Shown here piece after piece: positions 24,236 through 37,179 of a DNA stretch of 64,000 nucleotides. Made by a program: the position numbers and the translations under genes. Source of the stretch: Psammoneis japonica (lineage: Eukaryota). The DNA lies in contig QPGO01000029.1 of the NCBI GenBank assembly GCA_008632985.1, positions 446,874-510,873 on the forward strand, read 5' to 3'. The number at the start of each line of letters is the position of its first letter. The first letter of the stretch is position 1. The notes under the pieces were generated by a model that was not told the origin of the DNA, did no database searches, and was given only the letters and a program-made list of their open reading frames with translations.

Positions 24236-27200
24236 TTACGAAATTTCCGCATTTTCACGGTTGGGGTCGCCAAATGGTTGTGCAGTGGTTGAGCATCCTA
24301 GTCCAATGTTTGCACACCACATCAACATTTCTGCGCACTGTTGCTGAGAAAAATGCGTGGCGCTTCTCTCCTTCATGAGTCTTGCCAAGGCTTCGCAGCC
24401 TTCTGGGACCTTGCATTTTCGCAGCTCCTTGCTCAGTGGCTTTCGCATGAACAGCCCTTCTCTGGTCTTTACTCTGGAGAGCACAACATGCACCCAATTC
24501 TGAGTGCAGCTCCAAGAGTGTGCAAACAACTGCGGGACTCCACTCCCTTGCAGTTTGTGCCCTGCAGTGGCATTGTTGATGACAAACGGCAGCTGGGTTG
24601 CCTTCAGTTGGAAAGTGTGCCTTTGTTTGTCGCCTTCTTCTAAAATTGGGCTGGGCTTGGCGATGCAAGCCCTGAAAGCATTTGTTTTTGGCTCAACTAA
24701 AAACTTCGCGGGGTCGATGCTTTTGTTGCAGTGTTCCAGTGCAACGTGGTCTGCCTGGCCAGCAAGTGCAGCAGGAATGCCAATGTTGTTGTCTAAAGTC
24801 ACCAGTCTTGGTTCCTGTCCTGGTTTGAGAACGACCTTGTCAACAGTGGCTTGCGTTCTGTTTGCTTGACCGTTTGCTGCATTTTCGTTGAAAGGTGTCA
24901 TGACTCTGCATCTTCTGCAAATTCGTAAGACTGGATCCATTCTTCCTGATTGCATGACAATGTCTCCTTCACCACAGTTGTTCCAGAAGCTGTTGCAAAC
25001 TGGAAATGGTTGGCAGAGTCTCGTGCCATTCTGCACCTGCAAGTCGTCACTGAAAATCAACATTGAGTCAAGGACGTCTCCATCTCTTCCATGCAGTGTC
25101 TCCACTCTTTTTTCAAACAGGCCAGTGTCAATTGCATCTCTGTCCTTATTTGCGTGCGTGGCACAGCGGAGGTCACTGGGCAGATCATCTTCGTTCTGAA
25201 CTGCTCGTTCGTTGATGTGCTCTATGTCGTCAACTGCAATCTCACCAGTGCGGAATCTCTCAAGCAGTTTTCCCCATGATGGATCGTCTTTAAACCTGTG
25301 TATACCACGAAGTTCTATGCAGCAGTTGATCCACTCGTGAAACTCGGGACACACATCTTTGTACAGTGGTTTCACTCCTTTTCCGACTGGTTCTAGTTGC
25401 CTGAGGTCACCTGCGAAAACAATGTTCACACCACCGTGCGGCTTGCTTGATTCGCTCTTCAATGCTGTTAAATTCTCATGGAGTTTTTCTAGTTCTCTCT
25501 TGCTTGCAAAAGAAATCTCGTCTACCACCAAAAGTCTCGTGTCTGACCATGCTTCAATTTGCTCTTCGGCCATTTGCTTTCTTCTCATGAGGCATGCAAC
25601 TCGGTGGATTGTGTCCCCTTTGAGAACAGTCACAGCCACTCCGGTCAGTGCAGTCACTCTGATTGTGCTTGTTGTGAACGGCTGCTCAATGAGCGAGCAG
25701 TGCTCTCTTCCGTGTTCCACGACGAGGTCCATTGTGGTTGATTTGCCACTTCCACCTGCACCATGTAAAAAACACACAAGTTGCAATGTTCTGCGTCTTT
25801 GCACTTCCATGAGTTTCTTCAATCGGTGAAGGTTTGTTGCGAACTCGTGTCTGCCATTTCTCCTGTTGAGTCCATTGCGTGACGTCTCATCTTGAAGAGT
25901 GTCTTGGCAGTGAGTGAGCACAAAGGTTCCTGCTAGAATTTCAAAGGCACGCTGCTGTTGCCCATCCAGTCTTGCTTTCCTGGCCCAGTCTATGATGCTT
26001 GCTGCAGATCCGTTTGCTTGACGTACATCGACGTGTTCTTCCAAACCTGTTGTGTCCTCAAACGACCTTCTTGTTCTTTGCGTTCTAGTTAGTGTCACTT
26101 GAACAATGTCGTCTCTTGACAGTGGTCTGCTGTGGATGTGTTGTTGCACTCCTTCATTCTGGTCTTCCTCGTCGGTGTCATCGCCGCCCTCTAGATTCTC
26201 AAAAAGTTGTCGTTCATCAACCTGGCTTTCCTCATTTGGTGGGTCAGTGTGCATGTCTGCCAAGCATTTGCAACCACCCATGTGTGAACCTTTCTGTCTT
26301 GCACGTTTGCCACTCAAATGCGCAGGAACAACTGCTTGGTCGCTCAACCCAATGTCATCGTCTTCTGGCTGCTCTGCCATTTCTTCCAAGAGTGCATCCA
26401 GTGGTTGACCCTGAATGGCGCCTGAAAGACCTTCTTCCTCATCACTTTCGCAACAGTCAAACGCAACGTCAGCAGGTCTAAATTGCTCCGTCTTTCTTTG
26501 CAGATCTTCAGATGCACTTTTGAGACGAAGGCAGTTGGACTCAGCATCCTGCAGGTTCTGCAAGAAGTTCAAGTTTTCCTCTGTGACAACACCGGCTGCT
26601 GCGGAGAGTTGGAATTCAAGCAGGCATGTGTGGGCCATTGGCTTGAGTTCCGTCATTGTTCTGCAAGGCGCAAACAAGGCCAATGCCAACTTGCAGCACA
26701 ATTCTTTGTCCAGTGTTGTTGGTTGCTGCGGATCTACAAGGCAACTGCCAAACTTGGCTGCATCAGGAAAATCACACTGAAGTGCTTTTGACAATCGCGG
26801 TTGCTGTCGCTGTCTGACACCTTGAAGAAACTTGTTCTTCATTGAATTGTGAGACGGGTGCCTGTGTGCTCTGTTGTCGAACATCATCATGCCGTGTTCG
26901 TTTTTCCTTGTGTTGCAAAGAACTTCGCACTCACTAAAAAATGCAAACGGACTGAGATTCTCCAGTGCTGTTGGATGACATGGGCAGTGCAAGGCCTGGC
27001 ATTGGAAGAATGGTGCATCGCCAAAATGGGCTACAGTCGCAGACACTTCGTCTCTTTCTAGTGTGCTGACAATGTCTTTCAAGGGGCACCATGCGGTCAA
27101 ATGAGATTCGATGAAACGGCTTCCGTTCCTTGTTGTGTAAGATGCAAGTGGTGGTCCAATGATGTTCGTCTTGTTGTGCAAGCAAGCACCCCATGTGAGA

Positions 27201-27274
27201 CGTCTGATTGCTTCCGATGCATCAGATGCATGTTTCCGTAATTCCGTCGCCATCCTGTTCGTAGTTCGAAGCAC
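24236..27274 (-). pseudogene. Helitron PIF1-family helicase region (hypermutated)
   Basis: LHGAGGSGKST (Walker A), LLVVDEISF (Walker B), GGVNIVFAGDLRQLEPV, HRFKDDPSWGKLLERFR, GHKLQG and WVHVVLSRVKT. Only ~2 Tyr in 1012 aa. Confidence 0.92.
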
Positions 27275-27280
27275 TTCGTC

Positions 27281-29516
27281 TTACGATGCAGTGTCATCTT
27301 TCTGGGCATCTTTTAGGATGTGCTCAATCGTGCATTGAGCAGACGGTCCAGGCATCAACAAAGCAATGTTTGTGTTGCATGTCAGCTTTGATCTGCTTGT
27401 TGCAGGGCACGACACGTTTTGAAAAGCATCGCACTTTCTCCTCTTCGGAACAACTTCCTTCACGCACCGATGCGCAAAAGTTCCATCCCAGCTGAACCAC
27501 TTTATCTGAGTGTCATCTGCATTCCTTGCCAAATTGTTTGGACACGAAGCAGCTGGTTGCCTGTGACGGCAGTCACCTGGTTTGAGCTCCTCTCGTTTCC
27601 TTTTCCTTGACAGCGCGTCCAGTTCCTCGTGTGGGGTTTTTTTGCGCATTTTACGTAACTCCACGCATTTGGGAAAACACGACTTCGTAACGTGCATGTG
27701 ATGGTTGTAAGCTGCGTCCGGTGTGTGTGCCTCTGTTGTCCCTTGCGGACCACTTCGCTGGTGTTGCACACACATTGCTTTTAGTCACTTTGCATGGTTG
27801 TCTGGACAGCGAGTCAGGCCAGGTGCACGGTGCCGTGACTGTAAAAAGCTTTCTACAAACTCGACGTTTGTCCAGCACTTGGTGCAGTGACGACAACAAG
27901 CAAACATTCCGTTCTTCGACTGCTGGCTGTCTTTGTGCCTCAGGTTTCTTGGCTGTTGGTCGTCTGCCACTTTTGGAGAGGTGCGACACATTTTTGGTGC
28001 TGTGCAGTCATGATCGAATGCTTCACGCAACGCGTTAGTGCTGAAGTCCTCGCTGCAGATTAATTCCGTGCTGCAGATCTTCTGAACTGTGTTGGCAAGG
28101 TGCTCAGCACCTTCGCATCGGATCTGTCTCATTGGCAAATGCAGTTTCTCTCTTGCATTGTTGATCGATGCGAACCAGATCTGCATGTGTCCGTGTGCTG
28201 TTGGACGTCCCTGCTCCTCAACTGCGGCTAAAAATGCGGCTGGCCTGCCAATGCAGAAGTTAAAGTTTTCTCTTGGTTGGTCAGTGCTCAGATCCCAACC
28301 CACTGCCTCTTCTGTTGCAATGTCAAACAAGCACTCGAATGCAAAGGCTGTTAGACCGGGAAACTTTAGACGCAGTTCATTACGTTGCTTGGCCCTGCCA
28401 GCAAGAATTTTGTCCATCAGTTGTGTCACGTCTTCGTTTGGGTCCAGGATGACACCCGAGTGCAGTTGCACAAGAAATGAATTTGCATCGTCTGGACTGA
28501 CGGTTAAGAAAATGCCACCCTGACCAAAATGATGCTGACAAGTTTTGGCATTTCTCCTCATTTTCTTTGCTGCTTCGTCACTGTGTGGCAGAGACGCAGA
28601 CACAACGTCGAGTGCACGCAAAAAGTGGTGCCCGAGTCCACAATCTCTTCTCTCGCCCAAGTTGCGATCACAAACAGCTCCATCCACATCGTCCACTGTT
28701 GGTTCGTTTGCAAACTGTGCAGCCTGATTCTTGTCCCTGACTTTCCACCCTGCGCTCTGTGGCATCCTTTGCTTCATTGTCAAGTTGCAGCACATTAACA
28801 CGAAGAGCTGCTCGTGGAAGTGAGGCTGGGAAATCCGTGCCAAGTGGTCGGCACAGTGTGCAAGGTTGGCGCCATCTGCAAGACTTCCATCTTTCTTCAT
28901 TCTCGTCTCATTGATTCCTCCTCTGCCAAAAGGAAACTGCAGCAGACACGCATCAATGAAGTTGTTGCCTTTGAAATCACTCGCAGATTCTTCAGACAAC
29001 TGTGCTTGCACCTCTAAATCAAATCCGTTGGCAGCAGCTTCGTGTGCAAGATCTTTGAAGCAGTCCAGGTTGCGCTGACCACCGGTCGCAGGAGACATGG
29101 TTCCATCAGGAAAGCAAACATGAAATGACTCTGAGGTCTCAACATTCGTGTTTTCTCCTTCTTCTTCGCTGGTGCCATCGACAAGCATGGGATTCCGCAG
29201 ATTGCGCCCAACTTCGTCCAGATTTGTCTGTTGGTGCACCCACTCTTGGTTGTGGTGCAACAGCCATTCCATCACCCTTGGCATGCAGTGCGTCCTAATT
29301 CTGTTCTTTGAACGCGCAAGTTGTCTTTGCTCCGGAGTCATCTTTCCAGTCATCAGCGCAATCACACTCTGATGTAAATTCAGTGCGTCGAAGTGCACAA
29401 CAGTTCTTACGATGCTTTGCATCTTGACTTTGCAGTGTGTCAGACTTCCCTGAAGCTTCTTCTGTTTGCCGCCAAGGCAACTGAAGCAGTGTCCGCATGT
29501 TTTCACTGGTGTGAGC
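27281..29516 (-). pseudogene. Helitron Rep (HUH/Y2 endonuclease) region (hypermutated)
   Basis: LQFPFGRGG, HFGQGGIFLTVSPDD, VEEQGRPTAHGHMQIW (HUH motif) and HMHVTKSCF. The expected YxxxYxxK motif reads CTIEHILK. No Tyr seen in the 573-aa ORF. Confidence 0.88.
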
Positions 29517-29792
29517 TGACAGGATTTGAACAGGATTTAGGTGCGCGCGAAGCATCGCGCGCTGTTTAGTTTACCGTGCACAGTTTTGTGTGCTTTAGTT
29601 CCGCGCGTTCACGCGCGATGTAGTTTGCTTTCGAGCCACAAGGCTCACAAGAATGACAACAGTGGCCCGATTGTACCGACTCACACGTCTTTCGGCTCCT
29701 GTGACGGTCTCTGAGCGGAGACTCATCTGCTATTTAGACAGCAGTAAGGAGTCATTGTTTGAATTCTTGCCATTTGCCTTCATTTTCTGTCA
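29517..29792 (+). repeat. 5' LTR
   Basis: Direct repeat of 36351-36626, with TG...CA ends and a 6-bp terminal inverted repeat. Confidence 0.97.
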
Positions 29793-30732
29793 GATTAACA
29801 GTCTTGCTCATTGTCAACCCATTGAGCAACCGCCATCGTCGTCGTTGATTTACCAACGACGCTATTTTTAATTCTACGTGGACCTCCGTATATATTCTAC
29901 ATACATCGGCAAGTCTACGCGCATTCAATACCAGGGCATCGGCAGGAAGTTAACGTCACCGTCAAGTCTCCTTACCGCTGGATATCTGGATCGATTATAC
30001 TACCTTTGATCGCTGAAGACATACATTCAACGGTCATATCCAAGTCTATCCTTGATCCTCATCCCTTGATATACCTATTCATCGGTTAACGGTCAAGAAC
30101 CCTACATATTCAAGGATCTTCGTCGCTGAAGACATGTGTATATATACATGTCTTCACGGCCAAGAACCTGTACCCACTCTTCGGACTGCGGTTTTGCTGC
30201 CACTCTACAAGCACACCGAGTCCATTGTGCCTGATCTACCCCGGACTGCTGGTGCTCTACAGTTCCACTGGGTCCACGAGGATGACTGTGAGAGCAAGCA
30301 GCCGTGATTGCAGCCTGCGTTGGGGCGAGGGTGCTTTCCCGCGTTTGTTCGTTCGTCCACAGCGCCCAACGCCTGCGTCAACTGGCCAGCCTGATTGGGA
30401 AATCCAACCGACACAAAATAAGAACGGTTCGGGGGTCTTGTCCACCTCTGGTCAGCTTGCCTGCAGGGGTTTGCAACCCGCTGCTCCGCTCGCAAGCAAC
30501 CCAAAGCGCCGCCAGCTGCGGGTTCGGACGTGCCGGCACAACTCTACGGACCGGATGGGAAGTTTAGCACTTGACAACGAACGGGACAACAAAGCCCGGC
30601 GACTTCTGATTTTAAGACAGTTCAAGATTTCAAGTCAAGTCTGTTTCAAGTCAAGTCTGTTCTCACCCAAGTTTCGAGTCTGCCTTCGCTTCCCAACCAG
30701 AATTGATTGTCCTGACACCATTTTTGTCTGCC

Positions 30733-33700
30733 ATGGTTCTCACTCGTCAGCAACAAACCGATGGTTTTGAGCACGTGGTTGGAACCGTGCTTGCCCAAGG
30801 TGCTGGGAGTCCTCTTCGTTTGGCTTTGGCCCAAGACGGCACGGACTCATGTCAGGAACCATTCACGTTTTCACACCGTCCCAAATCGACTCGCTTGAGT
30901 GCGACAACGGCACCAATGCAATCCCTTTGCCCGGTGGTCATAAGAACATGTTAGCAGCACCCAGTCAGTCTGTGCATTGTTAAAGCACACAAAGGTCTTG
31001 ACGTTGCCAACGACTCCTCTTTGTTCACGCATGACGAGTTCCTTGCCTGCCGCCTCAGCCCCGACTGCATGTCTTCTGTGTCCATCGGCAGCTCACCCCT
31101 TGCACCTCCACATGTCACCAACCCGACCAAGGCACGCGACCCGGTGCGGGACTTCAAGCGAGGCATCAAGCGTGATCCCACCGCTTTCACGGCTCTCAAA
31201 TCCGACAAGCAGTGGCACACTTGGCACACCTCACTTGTGGCACAAGCCCGTGCCCAAGACGTCGAGTGCATTCTAGACTCGTCGTACAAACCGACCAGCC
31301 CCGAAGACAAACTGCTCTTTGCTGAACAGCAAAAGCACATGTTCGCCGTCTTCGAACGCATCCTTCTCACCGACAAGGGCAAGGCTCTCATTCACGAAAA
31401 TGTGGGGTCTTCTGACGCACAGACCGTCCACCGCTCCTTGTCTGAGTGCGCGCTTGCCTCCACCCGCGCATCTGTCGAGTCCTCCACCCTGCTCACGTGC
31501 CTCGCCACCGCGCGTCTTGGTGATGGCACTTGGAAAGGTCCGACCCACGGGTTCATCCTTCATTGGCAAGATCAGTTGCGCAAGTGCGAGGCACTCATCC
31601 CGGCCAGTGACCACTTCTCTGAAGGACAGAAGCGCGTCATGCTCGAGAATGCCGTGCACCCTGTCGAGGAACTCCGTGCTGTCAAGAACCAAGCTGATCA
31701 GCATCGCACGCAGAGTGGCAAGAGCCTCACATGCGATCAACACTGTGGCTTGCTCCTCTCCGCGGCAGCTCAGTGCGACAGCACGTTTCAACCCAAGACG
31801 ACACCTCGAGCTCCCCGACGCGCCACACACGCACACGACGTCCACTCCGAGGAACCGTCCGACGATGTGTTCTGCGACATTGACAGCGACGTTGACGTCC
31901 TTCAAGCCAATGCTGCCCACACCCGCGGTCCCAGCCTCACCGGTGTCCAATGGAGACGTCTCCCTCCCGACCACCAACGGCTCTGGGATTCGTTGCCCGA
32001 TTCCTCCAAGGCGATCATCCTTGAGCATTCTCGTCCACCTCCCCGCAACCCGCGAGCCAGCAACTGCCATGAGTCTGTTACGGCCAACCTTCACGACCAA
32101 CGCCTTGGGAGTGACGGTGATGTCAACTTGTCCAACACGACTCCTGCGGACTCTGGTGACTCCGCCCCACATGTGGATGCCACTTCGGATGATCCCATCC
32201 TGGCGCACCTCACCAAGCGCAAGCCACTGCCACCCGGTGATCTGCAACGTCTGTTGTCTCCTAACCAAGCCCCCAACGCCAGTCGACCGGGGCCATCCGC
32301 CGCTTCCTCTACCCCGCCAGCTTCCGCAGATAACACAGAACTTAACGGCCGCACTTGCCGCCGCGTTGACAACCACAATGTCATTTGCTCTGCCTCTGCT
32401 CATCGATCCACACGCACTGGCGCTCTAGTCGATCGTGGGGCCAACGGCGGCATTGCTGGCGACGACGTTCGCGTCATTGCACGCACCTCTCGCCAAGTCG
32501 ACGTTCAGGGCATTGACGATCATCAATTGGTGGACATCCCCATTGTCACCGCTGGTGCCGTCATTGAGACCCAGCGTGGTCCCGTCATCGCCATCCTCCA
32601 TCAGTGCGCACACACGGGAAAGGGCAAGACCATCCATTCCTGCGGCCAGCTCGAATGGTGCAAACAGGATGTCAACGATCGCTCTGTCAAGGTGCCCAAC
32701 GGCTTGCAACGCATTGCCACTCCTGATGGCTATGTCATCCCCATTGACATCAAGGCTGGCCTGCCTTGTGTTGCCATGCGACCTTGCACTGACGCCGAAT
32801 GGGACACCCTGCCCCATGTCATCCTCACCGGTGATGACACATGGGACCCTTCCGTCCTCGATCACTCTGTCACTGATGACGACCAGTGGTGCGACGCGAT
32901 CTCTGACCTGCAGGACGATCCCACTGCCAACCTGTTTGACGAATGCGGCAACTGCCGTCATCGTGTCGTTGTCAACGAGACCATCTTGTCCGCTTCCTTG
33001 TCTGCCGATCACGCGTCCGCCCTCGATGATCACCTCATTCCGAACGACGACGTGTTCTGCGAGTGTCATCTGCATGCGATTGGCCCCCAGGGCGATGACG
33101 TTCCACCTCCGGAGCGCACTGTACAGCCCAAGGACCCCCCCTTCGAGTCTCTTCGGCCTTGCTTTGGCTTCCTACCTGCCGATGCGGTCCGTCGTACTTT
33201 TGACTGCACCACGCAGTGCGCCCGCATGCCCGCCGGCACACACCTTCGCAAGGCCCACAAATCACCCAACCCCGCCCTTAATGTGCACCGCCGCAACGAG
33301 CCTGTCGCCACTGACACCGTTTGTGCCGACACCCCGGCCGTCGACTCTGGTTGCACCAGCGCCCAACTGTTTGTTGGCACCGAGTCTACCGTCACTGACG
33401 TCTGCGGCACTAAGACGGACAAAGAGTTTGTCAACACACTCGAGGATCAGATCCGTGCACGTGGTGCCCCATCCAAACTCATTGGCGACCGTGCTCAAGT
33501 TGAGATCAGCAACAAAGTGCTCGGGATCCTGCGCGCCCTCTTCATCTCTAGCTGGCAAAGTGAGCCTCACCAGCAACACCAAAACTTTGCCGAGCGTCGA
33601 CACCAGACCGTGAAGCGCATGGCGAACACTGTCATGGATCGTTTTGGTTCGCCCGCCCACACATGGCTGCTGGCGCTCATGTGCGTGTGCTTCATGCTCA

Positions 33701-36350
33701 ACCATGCAGCGTCCCCACGTCTCCACTGGCGCACGCCCCTCGAGACTCTCACTGGCTCCACCCTGGACATCAGCCCATTGCTTCGCTTTCACTGGTGGGA
33801 ACCCGTGTGCTTCCACCTCGATGACTCCGATTGGCCATCTGAATCCCGTGAGTTGCGTGGACGCTTCGTTGGCATTGCTGAGCACGTCGGCCACCAGATG
33901 ACCTTCAAGATTCTATCTGACGAGACTCAGAAGATCCTCTGCCGGTCCAACGTCCGCTCCGCTACCCCCGATCCTGCTGTTCGAAACCTGCGTCTTGATC
34001 CTCCTGATGGGGAGCCACCTGAACCCATCATCAAATCTCGCCATGACGACAACCCCGTCGACTCTCCTGATGGGGAGATCAGGACACCCAAGATGCCAGT
34101 TTTCGATCCGCAAGACATCATTGGACGCACCTTCCTCATGCAGCCACAAGAGGACGGACAACGCCACAGAGCTCGCATCGTCAAGGCCGTCGAAGACCAC
34201 GAATGGAAAGTGAACGGCAATCCCGAGCTCACTAAGTTCGTCTGCTCTGTCAACAATGACGAATACGAGGAAGTCCTTGCCTGCAATGACATCATGAATC
34301 ACATTGAGCAAGAAGACGAAGACACCACTGTTTGGAAATTTCGACGCATCGTGTCACACGAAGGACCTCTGAAGCCTCACGACCCAACCTGGAAAGGCTC
34401 CAGCTACAACATCATGCTTGAATGGGAAAGTGGGGAGATCACGTCCGAGCCTCTTGCCATCATCGCCAAGGACGACCCCGTCACCTGTGCCATCTATGCA
34501 CGAGAGAACGGACTCCTCGACACGGATGGCTGGAAGCGGTTCCGCACCATCGCGAGGCACCAAAAGAAGCTGTTTCGCATGGCCAACCAAGCCAAGCTTC
34601 GCTCCTTCCGCACTGCACCCCGCTACAAGCATGGACACGAAGTTCCCCGGAACTGCAAACACGCCATGTCACTAGACGAACGCAACGGCAACCACAAGTG
34701 GGGAGACGCAACCAATCTCGAGATGGACCAACTCGACGAATACGAAGTCTTCCATGACTGCGGGCCCTTCAAGTCTTCCACTCCTCCTGCGGGACACAAG
34801 AAGATCCGAGTGCACCCAGTGTACGATGTGAAACACGACGGTCGCCACAAGGCACAACTCGTAGCCGACGGGCACCTCACGGACGCACCTGTCGACAGTG
34901 TCTACTCCGGAGTAGTCTCCCTCCGTGGCCTTCGGCTGATGATTTTCCTGGCCGAACTCAACGAGTTGGAGACATGGGCCACCGACATTGGCAATGCCTG
35001 CCTTGAAGCCACCACCAAGGAGAAGCTTTACATTGCAGCTGGGCCCGAGTTCGGCAAACTCGAAGGGCACATCCTTGTCATCCACAAGGCACTGTATGGA
35101 CTGCGCAGCTCCGGTCTCCGCTGGCACGAGCGCTTCGCCGACTGCCTGCGAGCTGAAGGCTTCTTCCCCTGCCGTGCCGAACCCGACATTTGGATGCGCA
35201 GGAACGGCGACCACTGTGAGTGCATTGCCGTTTATGTGGATGACCTCGCCATTGCCATGAAGGACCCTCAATCTTTCGTCGACACTCTCACGGAAAAGCA
35301 CAAGTTCAAGCTCAAGGGTGCAGGACCCATTGAGTTCCATCTGGGTTGCGACTTTTCCCGGGAACCCGACGGAACCTTGTGCCTGTCTCCGCGCAAGTAC
35401 ATCGAGCGCATGGTCGACAGCTGTGCCCGACTGTTTGGGGAGAAACCTGCCACCAACGCCCTGTCACCTCTAGAGAAGGGTGACCACCCCGAACTGGACA
35501 CTTCCGAACTGCTGGGACCCGATGGCATTCACAAGTTCCAGTCTCTTGTTGGTTCACTCCAATGGGCAGTGTCCCTTGGTCGAATTGACATTGCCACGGC
35601 CGTCATGTCACTCTCTAGCTTCCGAGCTGCGCCCCGTCAAGGCCACTTGGATCGTGCCAAACGCGTCTGTGGGCACCTCTCCAAGATGCGACACGGTGCT
35701 CTCCGCGTTCGCACGGAAGAGCCCGACTGTTCGGATCTCCCTGCTCCGGCCCATGAATGGATGCATTCCGTGTGTGGTGAAGCAGAAGAGATGATCCCGA
35801 AGGACGCTCCACCGCCCTTGGCAAGTTCGTCACTGCCACCCACTACGTCGATGCAAACTTGCACCATTGCATGCTCACCGGACGCTCTGTCATGGGAATG
35901 CTCCACTTCCTCAACAAATTCCCGGCTGATTGGTTCTCTAAGAAACAAGCCACCACAGAGACTGCGACCTGCGGGTCTGAATTTGTTGCCGCAAGGACTT
36001 GTGTTGAGCAGATTGTCGACCTGCGCATCACCCTGCGCGCCTTGGCGTCCCGATCCGTAACGTTAGTTACATGTTCGGTGACAACAAGTCGGTTGTAGAC
36101 AGTGCCACCATCCCGCACTCCAAGTTACACAAGCGACACACCGCACTGTCGTTCCACCGTGTGCGTGAGGCAATTGCCTCTGGCCACCTTGAGTTCCACT
36201 TCATCGAAGGCTCCCGCAACCCTGCTGACATTCTCAGCAAGCATTGGGGTTGCTCCCAAATCTGGGACCTTCTCCGCCCCCTCATGTTCTGGAACTTCAT
36301 TCCATCCGAAGTCGAATCTGTTTCTGTGGCTCCTCAAGCAAACTGGGGAG
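30733..36350 (+). pseudogene. Copia gag-pol polyprotein (frameshifted near 30850-31020, ~35820 and ~36050)
   Basis: Protease ALVDRGANGG. Integrase VATDTV..LIGDRAQVE..QNFAERR. RT WATDIGNA, KALYGLRSSG and YVDDL. RNase H KKQATTETATCGSEF, MFGDNKSVV and NPADILSKHW. Confidence 0.95.
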
Positions 36351-36626
36351 TGACAGGATTTGAACAGGATTCAGGTGCGCGCGAAGTGTCGCGCGCTGTT
36401 TAGTTTACCGTGCACAGTTTTGTGTGCTTTAGTTCCGCGCGTTCACGCGCGATGTAGTTTGCTTTCGAGCCACAAGGCTCACAAGAATGACAACAGCAGC
36501 CCGATTGTGCCGACTTGCACGTCTTTCGGCTCCTGTGACGGTCTCTGAGCGGAGACTCATCTGCTGTTTAGACAGCAGTGAGGAGTTGTTGTTTGAATTC
36601 TTGCCATTTGCCTTCATTTTCTGTCA
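36351..36626 (+). repeat. 3' LTR
   Basis: Direct repeat of 29517-29792, preceded by the PPT. Confidence 0.97.
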
Positions 36627-37083
36627 TGAGCATTGCCAACTCTGCTTTGGTTAGAGACAACAGTTTGTGCGGTGGGGTGCCGAAACAGTGGTTGTTCGCT
36701 GTCGCATGCATTGGCGTGACGGCTCTTCCCAGGCTTCTTCGGCATTCGCTGCAGCAAGTGAATCCATCGACGTGTCGTCTGTCTTCCTGCACTGCGCATT
36801 GGGCACGGGGAGAAAGCAGCAGGTCTTTGATCCAATCAGCATCTTCATGCTCTACAGCGCAGCAGGACTTGAGACGATCAGATGCGCTGTTCCAGTCTGA
36901 AGGGGTGAGCAAGTTTCTTGCTGATTCCAATGTTTCGAGCGGCAAGCAGCAAACTTCTCCAGGTTTCAGCAGAACGTCACAGACTGAACATGCGTGTGGT
37001 CTAAATTCTCCATCTCCATGCAGACAAACCATCTCAAACTTTCCATTGATTGCACTGCAAACACGGGAGTCGGCCTCGTCCAT
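36627..37083 (-). pseudogene. N-terminal part of the Helitron Rep ORF, split off by the copia insertion
   Basis: CSVCD...CCSECRRSL..PMHATANNHCFGTPPHKLLSLTKAELAML joins in frame, across the TSD, to TPVKTCGHCFSCLGG at ~29511. Confidence 0.85.
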
Positions 37084-37179
37084 TTTGATTTAAGCTGACA
37101 CTTTGACTCAACAAATTTCAAGAAGTCACTCAGCAAAAACAGTTGTTTTTTCAGTGCGATCACCGTGAAGCTGCGATCG

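Larger units (their letters stand above)
29517..36626 (+). mobile_element. Full-length Ty1/copia LTR retrotransposon (diatom CoDi-like), 7110 bp
   Basis: Two 276-bp LTRs (TGACAG...CTGTCA), a 5-bp TSD TGAGC at 29512-29516 and 36627-36631, a polypurine tract GGGGAG at 36345-36350, and gag-PR-IN-RT-RH order. Confidence 0.97.

Noticed and set aside
29793..29815. tRNA primer-binding site after the 5' LTR
   Set aside because: The sequence (gattaacagtcttg) lacks the canonical TGG start and I could not assign a tRNA.
31273..35340. Long antisense and alternate-frame ORFs over the copia pol
   Set aside because: Shadow ORFs arising from GC3 bias and stop-codon depletion.
24236..36350. Alternative genetic code or RNA editing restoring Tyr
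   Set aside because: Host genes use TAY normally, the change also hits non-coding LTRs, and replacement alternates between TGY and CAY.
30733..36350. RT error or ADAR-type editing of retro-RNA as the source
   Set aside because: Changes occur on both strands, differ between the two LTRs of one insertion, and affect a DNA-based Helitron equally.
29517..36626. Classical fungal RIP (CA->TA) as the cause of the LTR differences
   Set aside because: RIP enriches TA and creates stops. Here TA is depleted, frames stay open and conserved Tyr codons are lost.
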